Source: a phage
DNA length: 64,000 bases
Strand: one strand, 5' to 3'
Sequence record: NC_104726.1
Position 1 is the first letter of the stretch. The number at the start of each line of letters is the position of its first letter. Below the pieces are notes generated by a model. It saw only the letters and a list, made by a program, of their open reading frames with translations. It was not told the origin of the DNA and made no database searches. Positions 1 through 9,232 of this stretch are shown in pieces. The position numbers and the translations under genes were made by a program.

Positions 1-1
1 C

Positions 2-1984
2 TTATTTGGTGTTATTCTTTGTATCAATCAGCTCACGGTATTCAATCATAGCAGGGGTGTCCCAATATTTCAAGCCTACATGCTTCAAAAGTGGGTATTT
101 CTTTTCCAATCTTGCAATATAGGCCTTCCCGCATTTAACTCGGTTGGCGATTAAGATTTTGGCACGATGATTTAGCTCACTGTGCTTCCACGTGGTGTTA
201 CCTTCCCACTTGTGGAAATGTGGCCGATAATTTCCAAAATCTTGCATGGGAATAATTTTCCCTAATTGTCTATACAGGCTGTCATAAGAAGTCTCATTTG
301 CTGCACGGGTCAGTAAGAATTTCCAAGCATCCTCTTTCAACAGGTGCTCCACATTCTTCTCTGTAACATACTGGCAATCAGGATCAGTCCAAAGCAGACG
401 AGATTCAGATACCAGATACAGATCTTCACCTTCAGGAATCTGAAGTGCCGCACGTACACGGTCATAATCTTGCTGGTAGATGTTACTCATCTGCCCCAGC
501 CAACAACTTCCACGTTGGATATCACCCTCATAAGGGATGCAGTGTTTAATCTTCCGGAACTCTGCCTTAGTAATACGCTCACGGCGGAAGTAACCATCCT
601 TCTCAAGTTTTTTAACCCAATAGCCTGGCTCATAATGAGTTTTTGTTTCACCTTTCTTCGCAGGTCGGCGAGGGAGCTCTGATAACAATTTGATCGTATC
701 TGCAAAGAACGGGTGGTGTGCCGCCTCTTTAAACTCTTTCACCAGATCAGTGTTCCGGCAATAGAAAACGTTGCGTCCGGTGATCTCGCTTAAGTAGTTA
801 CACTTATTTCGGTTATATTTGCCGTCTCCGTCGTTAAATACTAAATAAACTCCCCGTAAGAATTCTACCTTTCCGTAACAAGCGTAACCTATGCGGCCTT
901 TATTTAAGCCTCCAGCGAAGATCTCACAGTCCCCCAAATTTCCTAGGCCTGTCTCTTCCCATCGTTCCCACATAAAATTCTTACCGAAGATGTGCCCGAA
1001 CACTCCACTGTTCTTCATCATCTCGCGTGCTTCTGAGGATGTTTTTGCTGTCTCCAATTCCGCAACAACTTCTGCCCCACGTAAACGGATACCCTCTTTG
1101 ACAAAAGCCTCCAGGCGATCCTGGAATCCACCGTCGTCATGGCCCTCTATGGTCCATTCGCGCCCAGGGTTAATATTGCAATCCCCAATAGGAATCTCTA
1201 CACAGATTGCAGGGTAGTCTGTCAATGTTTCCAGGAATTTAGATCGGTAAGGTTGGTGACCCATTACCACGCGACTCTCGTCAGAGCTGGTATAACCTTT
1301 CAGGATAGTCATTTTCCAACCATCTTTCTCGTAGCGATACTGCGCCTCAACCTTGTCACCTTCCAGCATCTTACTGGTCATAGGGTCGGTAACGGTAAAC
1401 GGAAACTTTGCATAGCGTAGGCATGACGCAATAGCAGTGCGATATTTCAGAACATGCTCTTTCTTAACATGGAACTGAACTTTTACCCCGTTGTGCTCTT
1501 CAGTCTTCCGCTCACGGATCTTGGTAACGTTTGGGATACCCTGATCCAAGAACAATAGATATGTGCTTTCAACACCGTTGTGCACACTAATCACATCGAA
1601 AGTGTCCACCATGCTGAACGGGGCCTTTGAACCTACACCTTTATTACCTACCAGAGCGTTGCTGTTGCGCTTGGTTGACTCCCCGAGGTTCATGAAAGTG
1701 TTGCGGACCATCTCTTCTGACATACCCAATCCAACGTCCTGCACAAAGAAGTATGGTTCAAGGTCTGTAGGGGAGTGAATGATGATCGGTACATCACCCC
1801 GTCCAGACTCAACATGGGAGTCCACAGCATTGAAGATTGGTTCACGGCAGCTTGCCAGCACCTTATCTTCGTAAATCCCTTTAATGATTAGCCCAAAAGT
1901 CTCTTTGTTCAGAGAAATTGAGCCCCTGGTGACCTCCATATTTCCGGTTAGTACTGCTTTAGTTTCATTACTGTTTACAATCAT
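2..1984 (-). CDS. GHKL (Bergerat-fold) ATPase domain protein, 660 aa; C-terminal ~450 aa uncharacterised
   Basis: ATG at 1982-1984 preceded by AAGGAG; N-terminal motifs QDVGLGMSEEM, GNKGVGSKAPFS and NGVKVQF resemble the ATP-lid boxes of Hsp90/MutL/GyrB-type ATPases. Confidence 0.45.
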   Translation of the reverse strand: MIVNSNETKAVLTGNMEVTRGSISLNKETFGLIIKGIYEDKVLASCREPIFNAVDSHVESGRGDVPIIIHSPTDLEPYFFVQDVGLGMSEEMVRNTFMNLGESTKRNSNALVGNKGVGSKAPFSMVDTFDVISVHNGVESTYLLFLDQGIPNVTKIRERKTEEHNGVKVQFHVKKEHVLKYRTAIASCLRYAKFPFTVTDPMTSKMLEGDKVEAQYRYEKDGWKMTILKGYTSSDESRVVMGHQPYRSKFLETLTDYPAICVEIPIGDCNINPGREWTIEGHDDGGFQDRLEAFVKEGIRLRGAEVVAELETAKTSSEAREMMKNSGVFGHIFGKNFMWERWEETGLGNLGDCEIFAGGLNKGRIGYACYGKVEFLRGVYLVFNDGDGKYNRNKCNYLSEITGRNVFYCRNTDLVKEFKEAAHHPFFADTIKLLSELPRRPAKKGETKTHYEPGYWVKKLEKDGYFRRERITKAEFRKIKHCIPYEGDIQRGSCWLGQMSNIYQQDYDRVRAALQIPEGEDLYLVSESRLLWTDPDCQYVTEKNVEHLLKEDAWKFLLTRAANETSYDSLYRQLGKIIPMQDFGNYRPHFHKWEGNTTWKHSELNHRAKILIANRVKCGKAYIARLEKKYPLLKHVGLKYWDTPAMIEYRELIDTKNNTK

Positions 1985-2481
1985 TTATTGCGCTCCTTGT
2001 AGTAGATATGACTCCCGAATTGAGCTGTCCTCTGCATCTTTTTTGCCCATTTCGGTCGTACTTTGGTTGTATGGTAGTGTGTTGCTCCACCTGTTATGTC
2101 CATAGCCATGTATGCAACATGGTTGTTATTATAGACCTTTAGAAGCATCTTTGCAAGACTTTTAGCGTGATCCCATGAATCTTTTTCTGTCACCTTAAAA
2201 GTTTTGCCGTGGTTTGTCCACGAAAACTGGTTAGGTTGGTAGACAATCTTTCTTATAGTGTCTGGGTATTTGGGGTGAGATTTCCTGTTTAGTGTGGCAA
2301 ACCCTGATGCCAGCATACCCATCGTGCCATCCCCTCTAGCCTCCCTGTAGATATTGCATGCCAGAATGTTTTCCTTAGTATCTGAGGGCTTGCAAGTATG
2401 ATATACTTTTTGTTTTGGTGCTGCAACAACAGGCAGCGATAAAAATGCGCTCAAAATAATAGCAAAGATCTTAATTTTCAC
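1981..2481 (-). CDS. secreted SleB/CwlJ-like cell-wall hydrolase (candidate endolysin)
   Basis: GTG start at 2479-2481 with GGAG upstream; N-terminal signal-like segment MKIKIFAIILSAFLSLPVVAAP; motifs NIYREARGDG, QPNQFSW, GGATHYH, FGSHIYY typical of the SleB-type hydrolase family. Confidence 0.6.
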   Translation of the reverse strand: MKIKIFAIILSAFLSLPVVAAPKQKVYHTCKPSDTKENILACNIYREARGDGTMGMLASGFATLNRKSHPKYPDTIRKIVYQPNQFSWTNHGKTFKVTEKDSWDHAKSLAKMLLKVYNNNHVAYMAMDITGGATHYHTTKVRPKWAKKMQRTAQFGSHIYYKERNK

Positions 2482-2499
2482 AATAACTCCAAATAGAAA

Positions 2500-2519
2500 A
2501 TCCCCGCCGAAGCGGGGGA
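2500..2519 (-). terminator. hairpin CCCCGC-CGAA-GCGGGG followed by T-rich tract on minus strand
   Basis: Perfect 6-bp GC stem with 4-nt loop; minus strand continues ATTTTCTATTT; sits between genes 2531-2911 and 1981-2481. Confidence 0.4.
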
Positions 2520-2530
2520 GGTCTTAGAAA

Positions 2531-2911
2531 TTAATCGTAGTGTGCCAAAATCTCTCCATCGTTGCAAGTTCCCTCTACAAAGTTATGAAGATTCATGCAC
2601 TCATCTTGATAGAAGAATTTACCGCTTTTCAGCCGTAAGCCAAACAACTCCGCATCTCCACGATGGCAAGCCTCTACAAGTTCATAGATTTCATACGGCA
2701 ACTCTCCGTCGTCATGGAAGAACCCAGCCTTATCGTTGACATAGATGAAGAAATAATCACTGCTGTCGCAAGCGTCCAATATTTTAAACCAGATTTCATC
2801 TACATCTTTTTCTCGGATATCGATCACACAAGTGGAGCTGCATTCGTACTCCTTCTCCGGCTCCTCGGTCAATACCACCAGGTAGTTTCCCCGCTTACCT
2901 ACTTTAGCCAT
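2531..2911 (-). CDS. hypothetical protein (126 aa)
   Basis: ATG 2909-2911 with AAGGGGG upstream; no recognisable motif. Confidence 0.5.
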   Translation of the reverse strand: MAKVGKRGNYLVVLTEEPEKEYECSSTCVIDIREKDVDEIWFKILDACDSSDYFFIYVNDKAGFFHDDGELPYEIYELVEACHRGDAELFGLRLKSGKFFYQDECMNLHNFVEGTCNDGEILAHYD

Positions 2912-2920
2912 ACAACCCCC

Positions 2921-4105
2921 TTAAGCTTTAGCCAAAATGGCGCTAAACTCTTCACCAAACTCTTTTACAATCTTCATCAGGTTTGGGTATGCTTTGATCA
3001 GCTGAGCAACAATCTTGTCACGCCCTTTGCCGATAAGCAAGGCATTTCCTAAGGCATTAGGTTTCATCATCGCCATAAAGACTGAGAATACAAAATCTCG
3101 GTTCTCGTCCTTGAAGTTTTCCCAAAGGAAATCGAGGAAGTTTGCCACGCAGCTGACAAGATCTTCGTCTGAGATACTTGCATTTTCCATCATATTACGA
3201 ATAGCGATACAACCTTCAGATCCAAGAATCCACAAAATGTCTGGCTGCTTAGGACCTACGTATTCTTTGCAACCACCTGCCATAATCCGACCGATTTCAG
3301 GTAAATTGCGTTTCTTGGTGTGGTATGTCCAGATCTCTACCGCTGCAGTGTGACCAATAGCACCTTGCAGAAGAACACGGGCCATAGCGTCAGAAATAAT
3401 ACCGCTGTCAAAATCGTGCAAGATATCAGATGCAGCAACCCAAGATCGCGGTGTGGCAAAAGATGGACAATTAATCTCAGCCATGGCCTCATAATTATCG
3501 ATAGCTGATGGAACTCTTTTCAGATATCCAATTACAGAGGAGTGCACCCCATTAAGGAATGCGTAGTCCTCAATAAACACCTCTGCATTGCTTGTAACCT
3601 CTACAATGATAAAACGGTTAGCCAGAGGGGCTTCGAGCGCCGAAAGAACCGCACCATCTGTAGAACGGTTACCAGCAGCCACAAAAACAGAACCCTTAGG
3701 GAATGCATAGGTACCGCACTTGTGGTCAAGCATAATTTGCATTGCAACCTTTTGCAGGTAGTTATCTGCATGAGTGAGCTCATCCAGAAAGATAATTCCG
3801 CTCCAGTCAGGATCCGCAGGCCAAAATTCTGGAATTGCAAACACTGTACGTGTAGTTCCATCCGCCTCTACAGGGATAGGTAGCCCAGATAAGTCGGCAG
3901 GATCTTTATCTGACAGTCGCACGTCAACAAGGTTGTCATCTCGCTCACCGAACATATTATCAGCGATCTGCTTCATCACCTGGCTTTTACCCACACCCAT
4001 TGGTCCCAAAATTAGGACAGATCGGCTATGACGTTGGGCAAACTGAATAATAGCTGGCAACTCACGGACAGTGATTTGACCACTTTCGAATACGTTTCTT
4101 GACAT
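2921..4105 (-). CDS. MoxR-like AAA+ ATPase
   Basis: Walker A ILGPMGVGKSQ, Walker B IIFLDEL, sensor-like LEAPLANRFIIV; ATG 4103-4105 with GAGGA upstream. Confidence 0.65.
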   Translation of the reverse strand: MSRNVFESGQITVRELPAIIQFAQRHSRSVLILGPMGVGKSQVMKQIADNMFGERDDNLVDVRLSDKDPADLSGLPIPVEADGTTRTVFAIPEFWPADPDWSGIIFLDELTHADNYLQKVAMQIMLDHKCGTYAFPKGSVFVAAGNRSTDGAVLSALEAPLANRFIIVEVTSNAEVFIEDYAFLNGVHSSVIGYLKRVPSAIDNYEAMAEINCPSFATPRSWVAASDILHDFDSGIISDAMARVLLQGAIGHTAAVEIWTYHTKKRNLPEIGRIMAGGCKEYVGPKQPDILWILGSEGCIAIRNMMENASISDEDLVSCVANFLDFLWENFKDENRDFVFSVFMAMMKPNALGNALLIGKGRDKIVAQLIKAYPNLMKIVKEFGEEFSAILAKA

Positions 4106-4374
4106 TAGTAAAAGTCCTCTACTTGTGTGTAAGTGTTTTCAAAGTTTTCCAAAACAGATATCACATCGGATCTGTCAATATCATACGTGACTCTCCAGTT
4201 GTACGCAACCCTTTCTGCTGTTGCCTCTTCTGGCGCTAGTCGTCTGCTGGCATAAAAGAGTGTTGGAGTACACTTTCTTGCTTGCCCTCTAACTTTCCCA
4301 TAATAATATCTGTGAATATCTTTGTCAAAATTTAACTCTTTTTCTGCACGAAGTTCATATTGCTGGTATAACAT
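4105..4374 (-). CDS. hypothetical protein (89 aa)
   Basis: ATG 4372-4374 with AAGGAG upstream; stop overlaps start of downstream ATPase gene. Confidence 0.45.
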   Translation of the reverse strand: MLYQQYELRAEKELNFDKDIHRYYYGKVRGQARKCTPTLFYASRRLAPEEATAERVAYNWRVTYDIDRSDVISVLENFENTYTQVEDFY

Positions 4375-4418
4375 CTCTACTACTCCTTAAGCAGCATCCT
4401 TGCCGCCATTCCTGCCCA

Positions 4419-4799
4419 CTAAAATGCAGTCCGAATCCAGACAAGGTTCTTATCTGCCCAATCATAGAGGCAAGTCATTGCACTATTGAATTGCTCACAC
4501 GGAGGATAATCTTCTTCCATCTGACGCATAGCAGAGCCTTGTGGGTAAAGCTCCCGTGCTGCAAACCACGCGTCGTAGTCATCAACGGTGTCGAAGTAGT
4601 ATACAACATCCTCCAACTCAGGATCGAACTTTGAACTATCAGGATCCAGTTGTTCAGGGAACTTGGAGCGTAACTTGCCAGCCACAATACTTGCCAACTC
4701 GCTAACATGCTTATTGTCCCACTCCACTAGCTTCCCGTCTTCAGTGATGCGTCCTAACCACTGATCATGAAGGTCAACTGTTGTCTTCCACCGGGCCAT
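4419..4799 (-). CDS. hypothetical protein (126 aa)
   Basis: ATG start, operon context, acidic protein. Confidence 0.45.
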   Translation of the reverse strand: MARWKTTVDLHDQWLGRITEDGKLVEWDNKHVSELASIVAGKLRSKFPEQLDPDSSKFDPELEDVVYYFDTVDDYDAWFAARELYPQGSAMRQMEEDYPPCEQFNSAMTCLYDWADKNLVWIRTAF

Positions 4800-4801
4800 T
4801 A

Positions 4802-5059
4802 TCAGTCCACCTCTTCTTCTCGTTGTAGTTCAAGATACCCGTAGGTCTGGACATCTTCAAGGGTGTGGAACTCCCCATCTGCCGCTAATGCACGAACAAC
4901 TTGGCACAAAACCTTATGAGGAACTTCATCCAGACCAAGATTCAGTGCAGGGAACACCTTATCTAAGTCAACAAAATAAACGAACTGGAGCTCACCAGCT
5001 TCAAAAGGTGTATCTTCAATAAACATCTTCTCGGCATTAGTCAAGATCTGCACTTTCAT
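4802..5059 (-). CDS. hypothetical protein (85 aa)
   Basis: ATG 5057-5059 with GAGGAGG upstream. Confidence 0.45.
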   Translation of the reverse strand: MKVQILTNAEKMFIEDTPFEAGELQFVYFVDLDKVFPALNLGLDEVPHKVLCQVVRALAADGEFHTLEDVQTYGYLELQREEEVD

Positions 5060-5415
5060 TATTCTACCTCCTCTTCTTTTTCTTCGGCATTAGTTTCATG
5101 GCTACCCCACTCTGGAGTTTCCACCTCGATAGTAAACTCACGCACTACACGGTAATTGCCCATGAAGCGCTCCACTTCGTCAAGGCTTATGGAGAAGCCA
5201 TTGGCAACCAGGTCTGCAGCACCCTCTTCTACCAGGTAGTCCAGATTGGCTTCCAGAGCTTCAGGTTCAAACCCTGTCAATGCAATCAGATAACCTTTCC
5301 CTTCATCAGGGAGGACAATACATCCCAACTGATTTTCTTTAAAAAGGCAGTGACCATCATTGTTAATTGGGTGTTCATTGCAGTAAATAGCTGCACGATA
5401 AGTAACTTTAGACAT
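5059..5415 (-). CDS. hypothetical protein (~118 aa)
   Basis: Track start at 5436 is a TTG; the ATG at 5413-5415 has AAGGAG 9 nt upstream and is the likelier start. Confidence 0.45.
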   Translation of the reverse strand: MSKVTYRAAIYCNEHPINNDGHCLFKENQLGCIVLPDEGKGYLIALTGFEPEALEANLDYLVEEGAADLVANGFSISLDEVERFMGNYRVVREFTIEVETPEWGSHETNAEEKEEEVE

Positions 5416-5428
5416 CGGTAAGGTCTCC

Positions 5429-5701
5429 TTAGGCAATTGTCATTTTACATTCTTGAAATTTTAACACAAGACGGTGATTGTGTCTAGTGTCTAAAAAGAT
5501 TTTTTCAACCATCAGGCACACGGTATAACCGTCCATCTTGTTGACAACAAAATCTCCAGGATGAGGGAGGATGTCTCCCGGATTGGGGAAACATAGTCCA
5601 CTCAGAAAGGCATCGTCAGTGGTGGACTTAATAGATTTCCACACACTGTCTGCCTGAACATGTTCACCAACGTAATATACATTACCACATGCCTTCATCA
5701 T
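5429..5701 (-). CDS. hypothetical protein (~90 aa)
   Basis: Track start at 5707 is TTG; ATG at 5699-5701 preceded by GAGGG. Confidence 0.4.
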   Translation of the reverse strand: MMKACGNVYYVGEHVQADSVWKSIKSTTDDAFLSGLCFPNPGDILPHPGDFVVNKMDGYTVCLMVEKIFLDTRHNHRLVLKFQECKMTIA

Positions 5702-5703
5702 AG

Positions 5704-6603
5704 TCAAACCCTCGCATAAATTAAACTTGTATCAGTATACTTCTTTAATGGGTAAATATCCTGTCCATAGATGCAATCATTAAACACCTCATCTACCCAA
5801 AGGCTACACTTATATCCCATCATTTCTAAAACACCCATCTCTTCTTCGGTAAACTTATCACCGCTCTTGCAAGATGTCAATACCTCATTCTGAACTCTTG
5901 CTACCTCGAAGCGGTTATTGGCAATATCGCTATTGGCGATCAAATACTCACCTAGAGGGTGTGCGGCATTAAAGATGCACAGTGGACGGCTGACGTAATA
6001 GTCTCCGGGTGTATAAAAATTGTTGAGGTCTTTCACTAGAACATTCTTATCAGTCACTTCATTTATAACATCATGCATATCGCACATCTTTATATGTTTG
6101 AGGATTCCATCCCCCATCACAAAATAAAAACTTGCTGAGACACTTTCGGCATAGATCTTACTAGATCCGTTGTAGTTGTATTTTACTCGGATGCTAACGG
6201 GGGTTTTTCCTGTCGCGTTAGCCATCATCCAAAGAAATGGCAGCTCATACTTCTCCTCTGAGGAAACAAAAGGTGAGGTAGCCAGAGATCGAAAACCTCC
6301 AGAGAAGTTGAAAGTTACAGAACCGCTCCGGCGGTATGATACCGCGTATTCTACTTTTATATCGACGTACCCATTGGAATAGGTGTGTCCTTCATTATCT
6401 AAATATGTCCACTTATCAGACCCAGATACCAATCTACGCTCAATAACCTTCATCACTACAGGAATTAGTGGGTTGGTACAAACCGCTTTTGAAGTAGCTT
6501 TATCATCTAAAGCCTCGTAAATTGCAGAAAGGATGTCCCCAGCTGAAAGATTGGTTGTTATGTCCTGTTTCCACCGCGTACTAAAACTGTTAAGATTTGC
6601 CAT
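5704..6603 (-). CDS. hypothetical protein (299 aa)
   Basis: ATG 6601-6603 with GGAG upstream; first gene of the leftward unit reading out of the divergent promoter region. Confidence 0.5.
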   Translation of the reverse strand: MANLNSFSTRWKQDITTNLSAGDILSAIYEALDDKATSKAVCTNPLIPVVMKVIERRLVSGSDKWTYLDNEGHTYSNGYVDIKVEYAVSYRRSGSVTFNFSGGFRSLATSPFVSSEEKYELPFLWMMANATGKTPVSIRVKYNYNGSSKIYAESVSASFYFVMGDGILKHIKMCDMHDVINEVTDKNVLVKDLNNFYTPGDYYVSRPLCIFNAAHPLGEYLIANSDIANNRFEVARVQNEVLTSCKSGDKFTEEEMGVLEMMGYKCSLWVDEVFNDCIYGQDIYPLKKYTDTSLIYARV

Positions 6604-6643
6604 AAGTAAGTGCTCCTATGTTAGTTTTCTTTCGAATGGGTGC

Positions 6644-6672
6644 ACTATATCGGAGATTTATAGTAAAGTCAA
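6644..6672 (-). promoter_or_regulatory. sigma70-like promoter (TTGACT-N17-TATAGT) for leftward genes
   Basis: Minus-strand -35 at 6667-6672 and -10 at 6644-6649 with 17-nt spacer, upstream of gene 5704-6603. Confidence 0.4.
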
Positions 6673-6688
6673 CACGTTTTTGATGTTG

Positions 6689-6717
6689 ACATCTATTGAA
6701 ACAATTGATACGATTTC
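6689..6717 (+). promoter_or_regulatory. sigma70-like promoter (TTGACA-N17-TACGAT) for rightward genes
   Basis: -35 TTGACA at 6689-6694, -10-like TACGAT at 6712-6717, upstream of gene 6746-7723; back-to-back with the leftward promoter. Confidence 0.35.
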
Positions 6718-6745
6718 TTCACTTACAGAGCACGAGAGACAACTC

Positions 6746-7723
6746 ATGAATCTTGAAAAATATTATACACCAGAAGAGTTAGAGCGCCTGCTCAAAAAAT
6801 ATAGACGCAAACAGAATAATGCACGGAAACGAGATATAGAGTTCAACCTGTCATGGGAAGAATACCTCCTATTTGGTAAAAAACTTTTAGGAGATGGAGT
6901 ATGCGACTATACCCTTATACCTTTTGACATGCACACAGATGAAAACGGGCTGGGAAATCCTTTCTACCCATCTTTGGAGCGTATAGATGATGAAGGTCCT
7001 TACGCAATTGACAATTGTTGTGTGGTAGGGTTGAGGTGCAATGCTCTGAAAGACTGTCTGGTAGATAAAAAGACTGCAATCCTGATTAAAGACAAAACTG
7101 ATCGAAAAATTGTCCAGCAGATGATGCTCCACCTGAGCGAAGAGCGTATGGAGAAATTGAAAGGTGATTATACTTTTGAAGATTTCATCTTGCAATACGG
7201 GACAGAAGAAGATAAACTAGCACTATTTGACGAAGAGGAAGAAGATATGTCACCAATGCAGGACTTTAAAAATTTCATGGCTGATCGTGCAGCCAACAAA
7301 CACATTTCAGACATCGTGAACGAGACTGTGACAGAAGAAGTTGAAGAACAGAACTCTGAAGAGGAAAAAGAGCCTCAGGAGGTCGAAGAGGGGATTGCAG
7401 AAGAGGTTCCTGCACTGCCTGATGATGTTGAGATTGCTAAGGCTTACACTTTCTATTGTCAAACGTTCTACGATGCAGGTATGAAAGTTGATCTGTCGTT
7501 CAGCCAATTTAAGAGTTCGTATATTCGCAAATGCTGTGCTTTAACTGGTGAACGTCTCGGAGCTGGACTTAAACCACTGTTGGTGACCGACTGGAATAAA
7601 GGTTTCACTAAAGGAAACTTTATGGTAGTATCTCCAATTATGGAGAAAGCTATGACAGATCTTATGAAGACCACCCGCATGACAATGACCGAGTTGGCAG
7701 GTATTTTCAAACACGTTAAATAA
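6746..7723 (+). CDS. hypothetical protein with two Cys-containing repeat modules and an acidic linker
   Basis: ATG at 6746; track start at 6533 overlaps the opposite gene and promoter region; repeats around CDYTLIPFD...DNCCVVGLRCNALKDC and CCALTGERL...WNKGFTKGNFMVV; poly-acidic stretches EEEEDMSP and EEVEEQNSEEEKEPQEVEE. Confidence 0.5.
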   Translation: MNLEKYYTPEELERLLKKYRRKQNNARKRDIEFNLSWEEYLLFGKKLLGDGVCDYTLIPFDMHTDENGLGNPFYPSLERIDDEGPYAIDNCCVVGLRCNALKDCLVDKKTAILIKDKTDRKIVQQMMLHLSEERMEKLKGDYTFEDFILQYGTEEDKLALFDEEEEDMSPMQDFKNFMADRAANKHISDIVNETVTEEVEEQNSEEEKEPQEVEEGIAEEVPALPDDVEIAKAYTFYCQTFYDAGMKVDLSFSQFKSSYIRKCCALTGERLGAGLKPLLVTDWNKGFTKGNFMVVSPIMEKAMTDLMKTTRMTMTELAGIFKHVK

Positions 7724-7727
7724 TGAC

Positions 7728-7744
7728 AGGGGCCAATGGCCCCT
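7728..7744 (+). terminator. hairpin AGGGGCC-AAT-GGCCCCT after gene 6746-7723
   Basis: 7-bp perfect stem 5 nt after the stop at 7721-7723, followed by TCTGGAGTTTT. Confidence 0.3.
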
Positions 7745-7756
7745 TCTGGAGTTTTA

Positions 7757-9217
7757 ATGGATAGCAGAAGTTCAGAAATCATTACCTCACAGAAAGATGA
7801 TGCCCTGAGAATGTTGCAGGCTGCACGTATGTATCTCCTTGAAAAGCTGCCGTTTTATGGCACACTACTGTCAGGGTTGCAGTTCGTAGAAAACCACACA
7901 TGGTGCTCCACCATGGCAACCGACCATAAACGCATCTATTACAGTCCTGAGTTCATTATGGGATTGGCTGATGAACGCAAGGCTATTCTTAAGGCTTCTC
8001 TAACTGACGAGCAGTTTGAGATGGCTGAAGTTTTCTATTCCCCAAAATCTGTGAAAGAGGTGGCCTTCCTTCTGTCACATGAGGTGGGGCATATTATCTG
8101 TGATCACCTAGTCCGTGGTAAAAGCTTTGAGCCGGAACTGTTCAATATTGCTTGTGATCACGTTATCAACACAGGCCTTGTGGTTGACTTTAGCAAACCT
8201 CCTTGTGTTTTCTTCCCGAAGGGGAAAAGCACTACGTTCCTGAAAGGTAAGCCTTTTGGCTTCTTAGCCAGCTGCTACTGCGACATGAAGTTTCATGGAT
8301 GGATTGCTGAGAACGTTTATGCAGTTCTTGATAAGCAAAGAGATCAGAATAACGGTAAAAGTAAGAACGGTAAAGGTGAGAACTCTCAAAGTGATAAGCG
8401 ACAAACCGATGATCACATGAGTGGGAACGGTGGCACCAGTGATAATCTTGGAAAGGCTATGGGGTATGATCAGCCACAACCTGTAATCAGCCAATCTGAT
8501 AAAGATCAGGCCATGCAGGACTCTGGTGATATGCTGGAGGCAGCAATGCAAGCGTCCGGAGGCCGTTGCCCTGAGGCGGTGCGTGAGTTTGTCAAGAACA
8601 GAGGTAAACCTGTAATCAACTATATAGACATCATTAAGCAACGCATGTTGTCTAAAAGAAAGGCCGAACTGACCTACAGAAAACCTGGTCGCCGATCTGG
8701 GTCTTTGACCAGCACAATGCGAAAAGTTGGGGCTATAAACAAGAACCAGCACGTTATTGTTCCTGGTCGTAATCCGGAAAACACTATAGATATTGTGGTG
8801 GCTTTAGACGTTTCTGGCTCGATCTCTCAAAGAACTTTAAAGAAAATGTTCAATGAAATCACCGGATTGTGCAATCTGTATAAAGAGTTTAAGGTTACAA
8901 TGTTCTGTTGGTCAACTGAGGTTGGAGAGGTTAAAGTATACACTCGCGGCAACATAGACGAGATGATCAACTATGAGGTACACTCAACATGGGGCACAAC
9001 AGCTGCTTGCGTGTTCGAGTATCTGGATGCCAACATACCTAATGCAAAAGATGTCATCGTCCTGACCGACCTATACTTTGAGCATAACTTTGAACAAAAG
9101 GCTGTTGACAACAAGTGGAAAAAGTACGATACTTTATGGGTTCTCACCGAAGGGTATAATAAAAATTATATCCCTAGCTTTGGGAAAACTGTGGAATTAA
9201 TCGAGTACGCTAAGTAA
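7757..9217 (+). CDS. VWA-domain protein with N-terminal HExxH metallopeptidase-like domain
   Basis: HEVGHIICDH...NIACDHVIN zinc-binding-like motif; MIDAS-type VVALDVSGSIS; ATG 7757 preferred over track start 7736, which lies in the hairpin loop. Confidence 0.6.
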   Translation: MDSRSSEIITSQKDDALRMLQAARMYLLEKLPFYGTLLSGLQFVENHTWCSTMATDHKRIYYSPEFIMGLADERKAILKASLTDEQFEMAEVFYSPKSVKEVAFLLSHEVGHIICDHLVRGKSFEPELFNIACDHVINTGLVVDFSKPPCVFFPKGKSTTFLKGKPFGFLASCYCDMKFHGWIAENVYAVLDKQRDQNNGKSKNGKGENSQSDKRQTDDHMSGNGGTSDNLGKAMGYDQPQPVISQSDKDQAMQDSGDMLEAAMQASGGRCPEAVREFVKNRGKPVINYIDIIKQRMLSKRKAELTYRKPGRRSGSLTSTMRKVGAINKNQHVIVPGRNPENTIDIVVALDVSGSISQRTLKKMFNEITGLCNLYKEFKVTMFCWSTEVGEVKVYTRGNIDEMINYEVHSTWGTTAACVFEYLDANIPNAKDVIVLTDLYFEHNFEQKAVDNKWKKYDTLWVLTEGYNKNYIPSFGKTVELIEYAK

Positions 9218-9232
9218 GAGAGGATGTTATTT

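Noticed and set aside
2-1400. Metallophosphatase domain in the C-terminal part of the GHKL protein
   Set aside because: Isolated His/Asp-containing strings (GHQPYR, GHDDGG, GHIFG) do not occur in the canonical order or spacing; left as uncharacterised.
6533-6745. N-terminal extension of ORF 6533-7723
   Set aside because: Would overlap the divergent gene 5704-6603 and both promoters; the ATG at 6746 follows the promoter and is the sensible start.
7736-7756. Track start codon at 7736 for the VWA gene
   Set aside because: This ATG lies in the loop of the hairpin at 7728-7744; the downstream in-frame ATG at 7757 is preferred, though not certain.
8264-8752. 162-aa minus-strand ORF inside the VWA gene
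   Set aside because: Antisense to a supported CDS; no start context.
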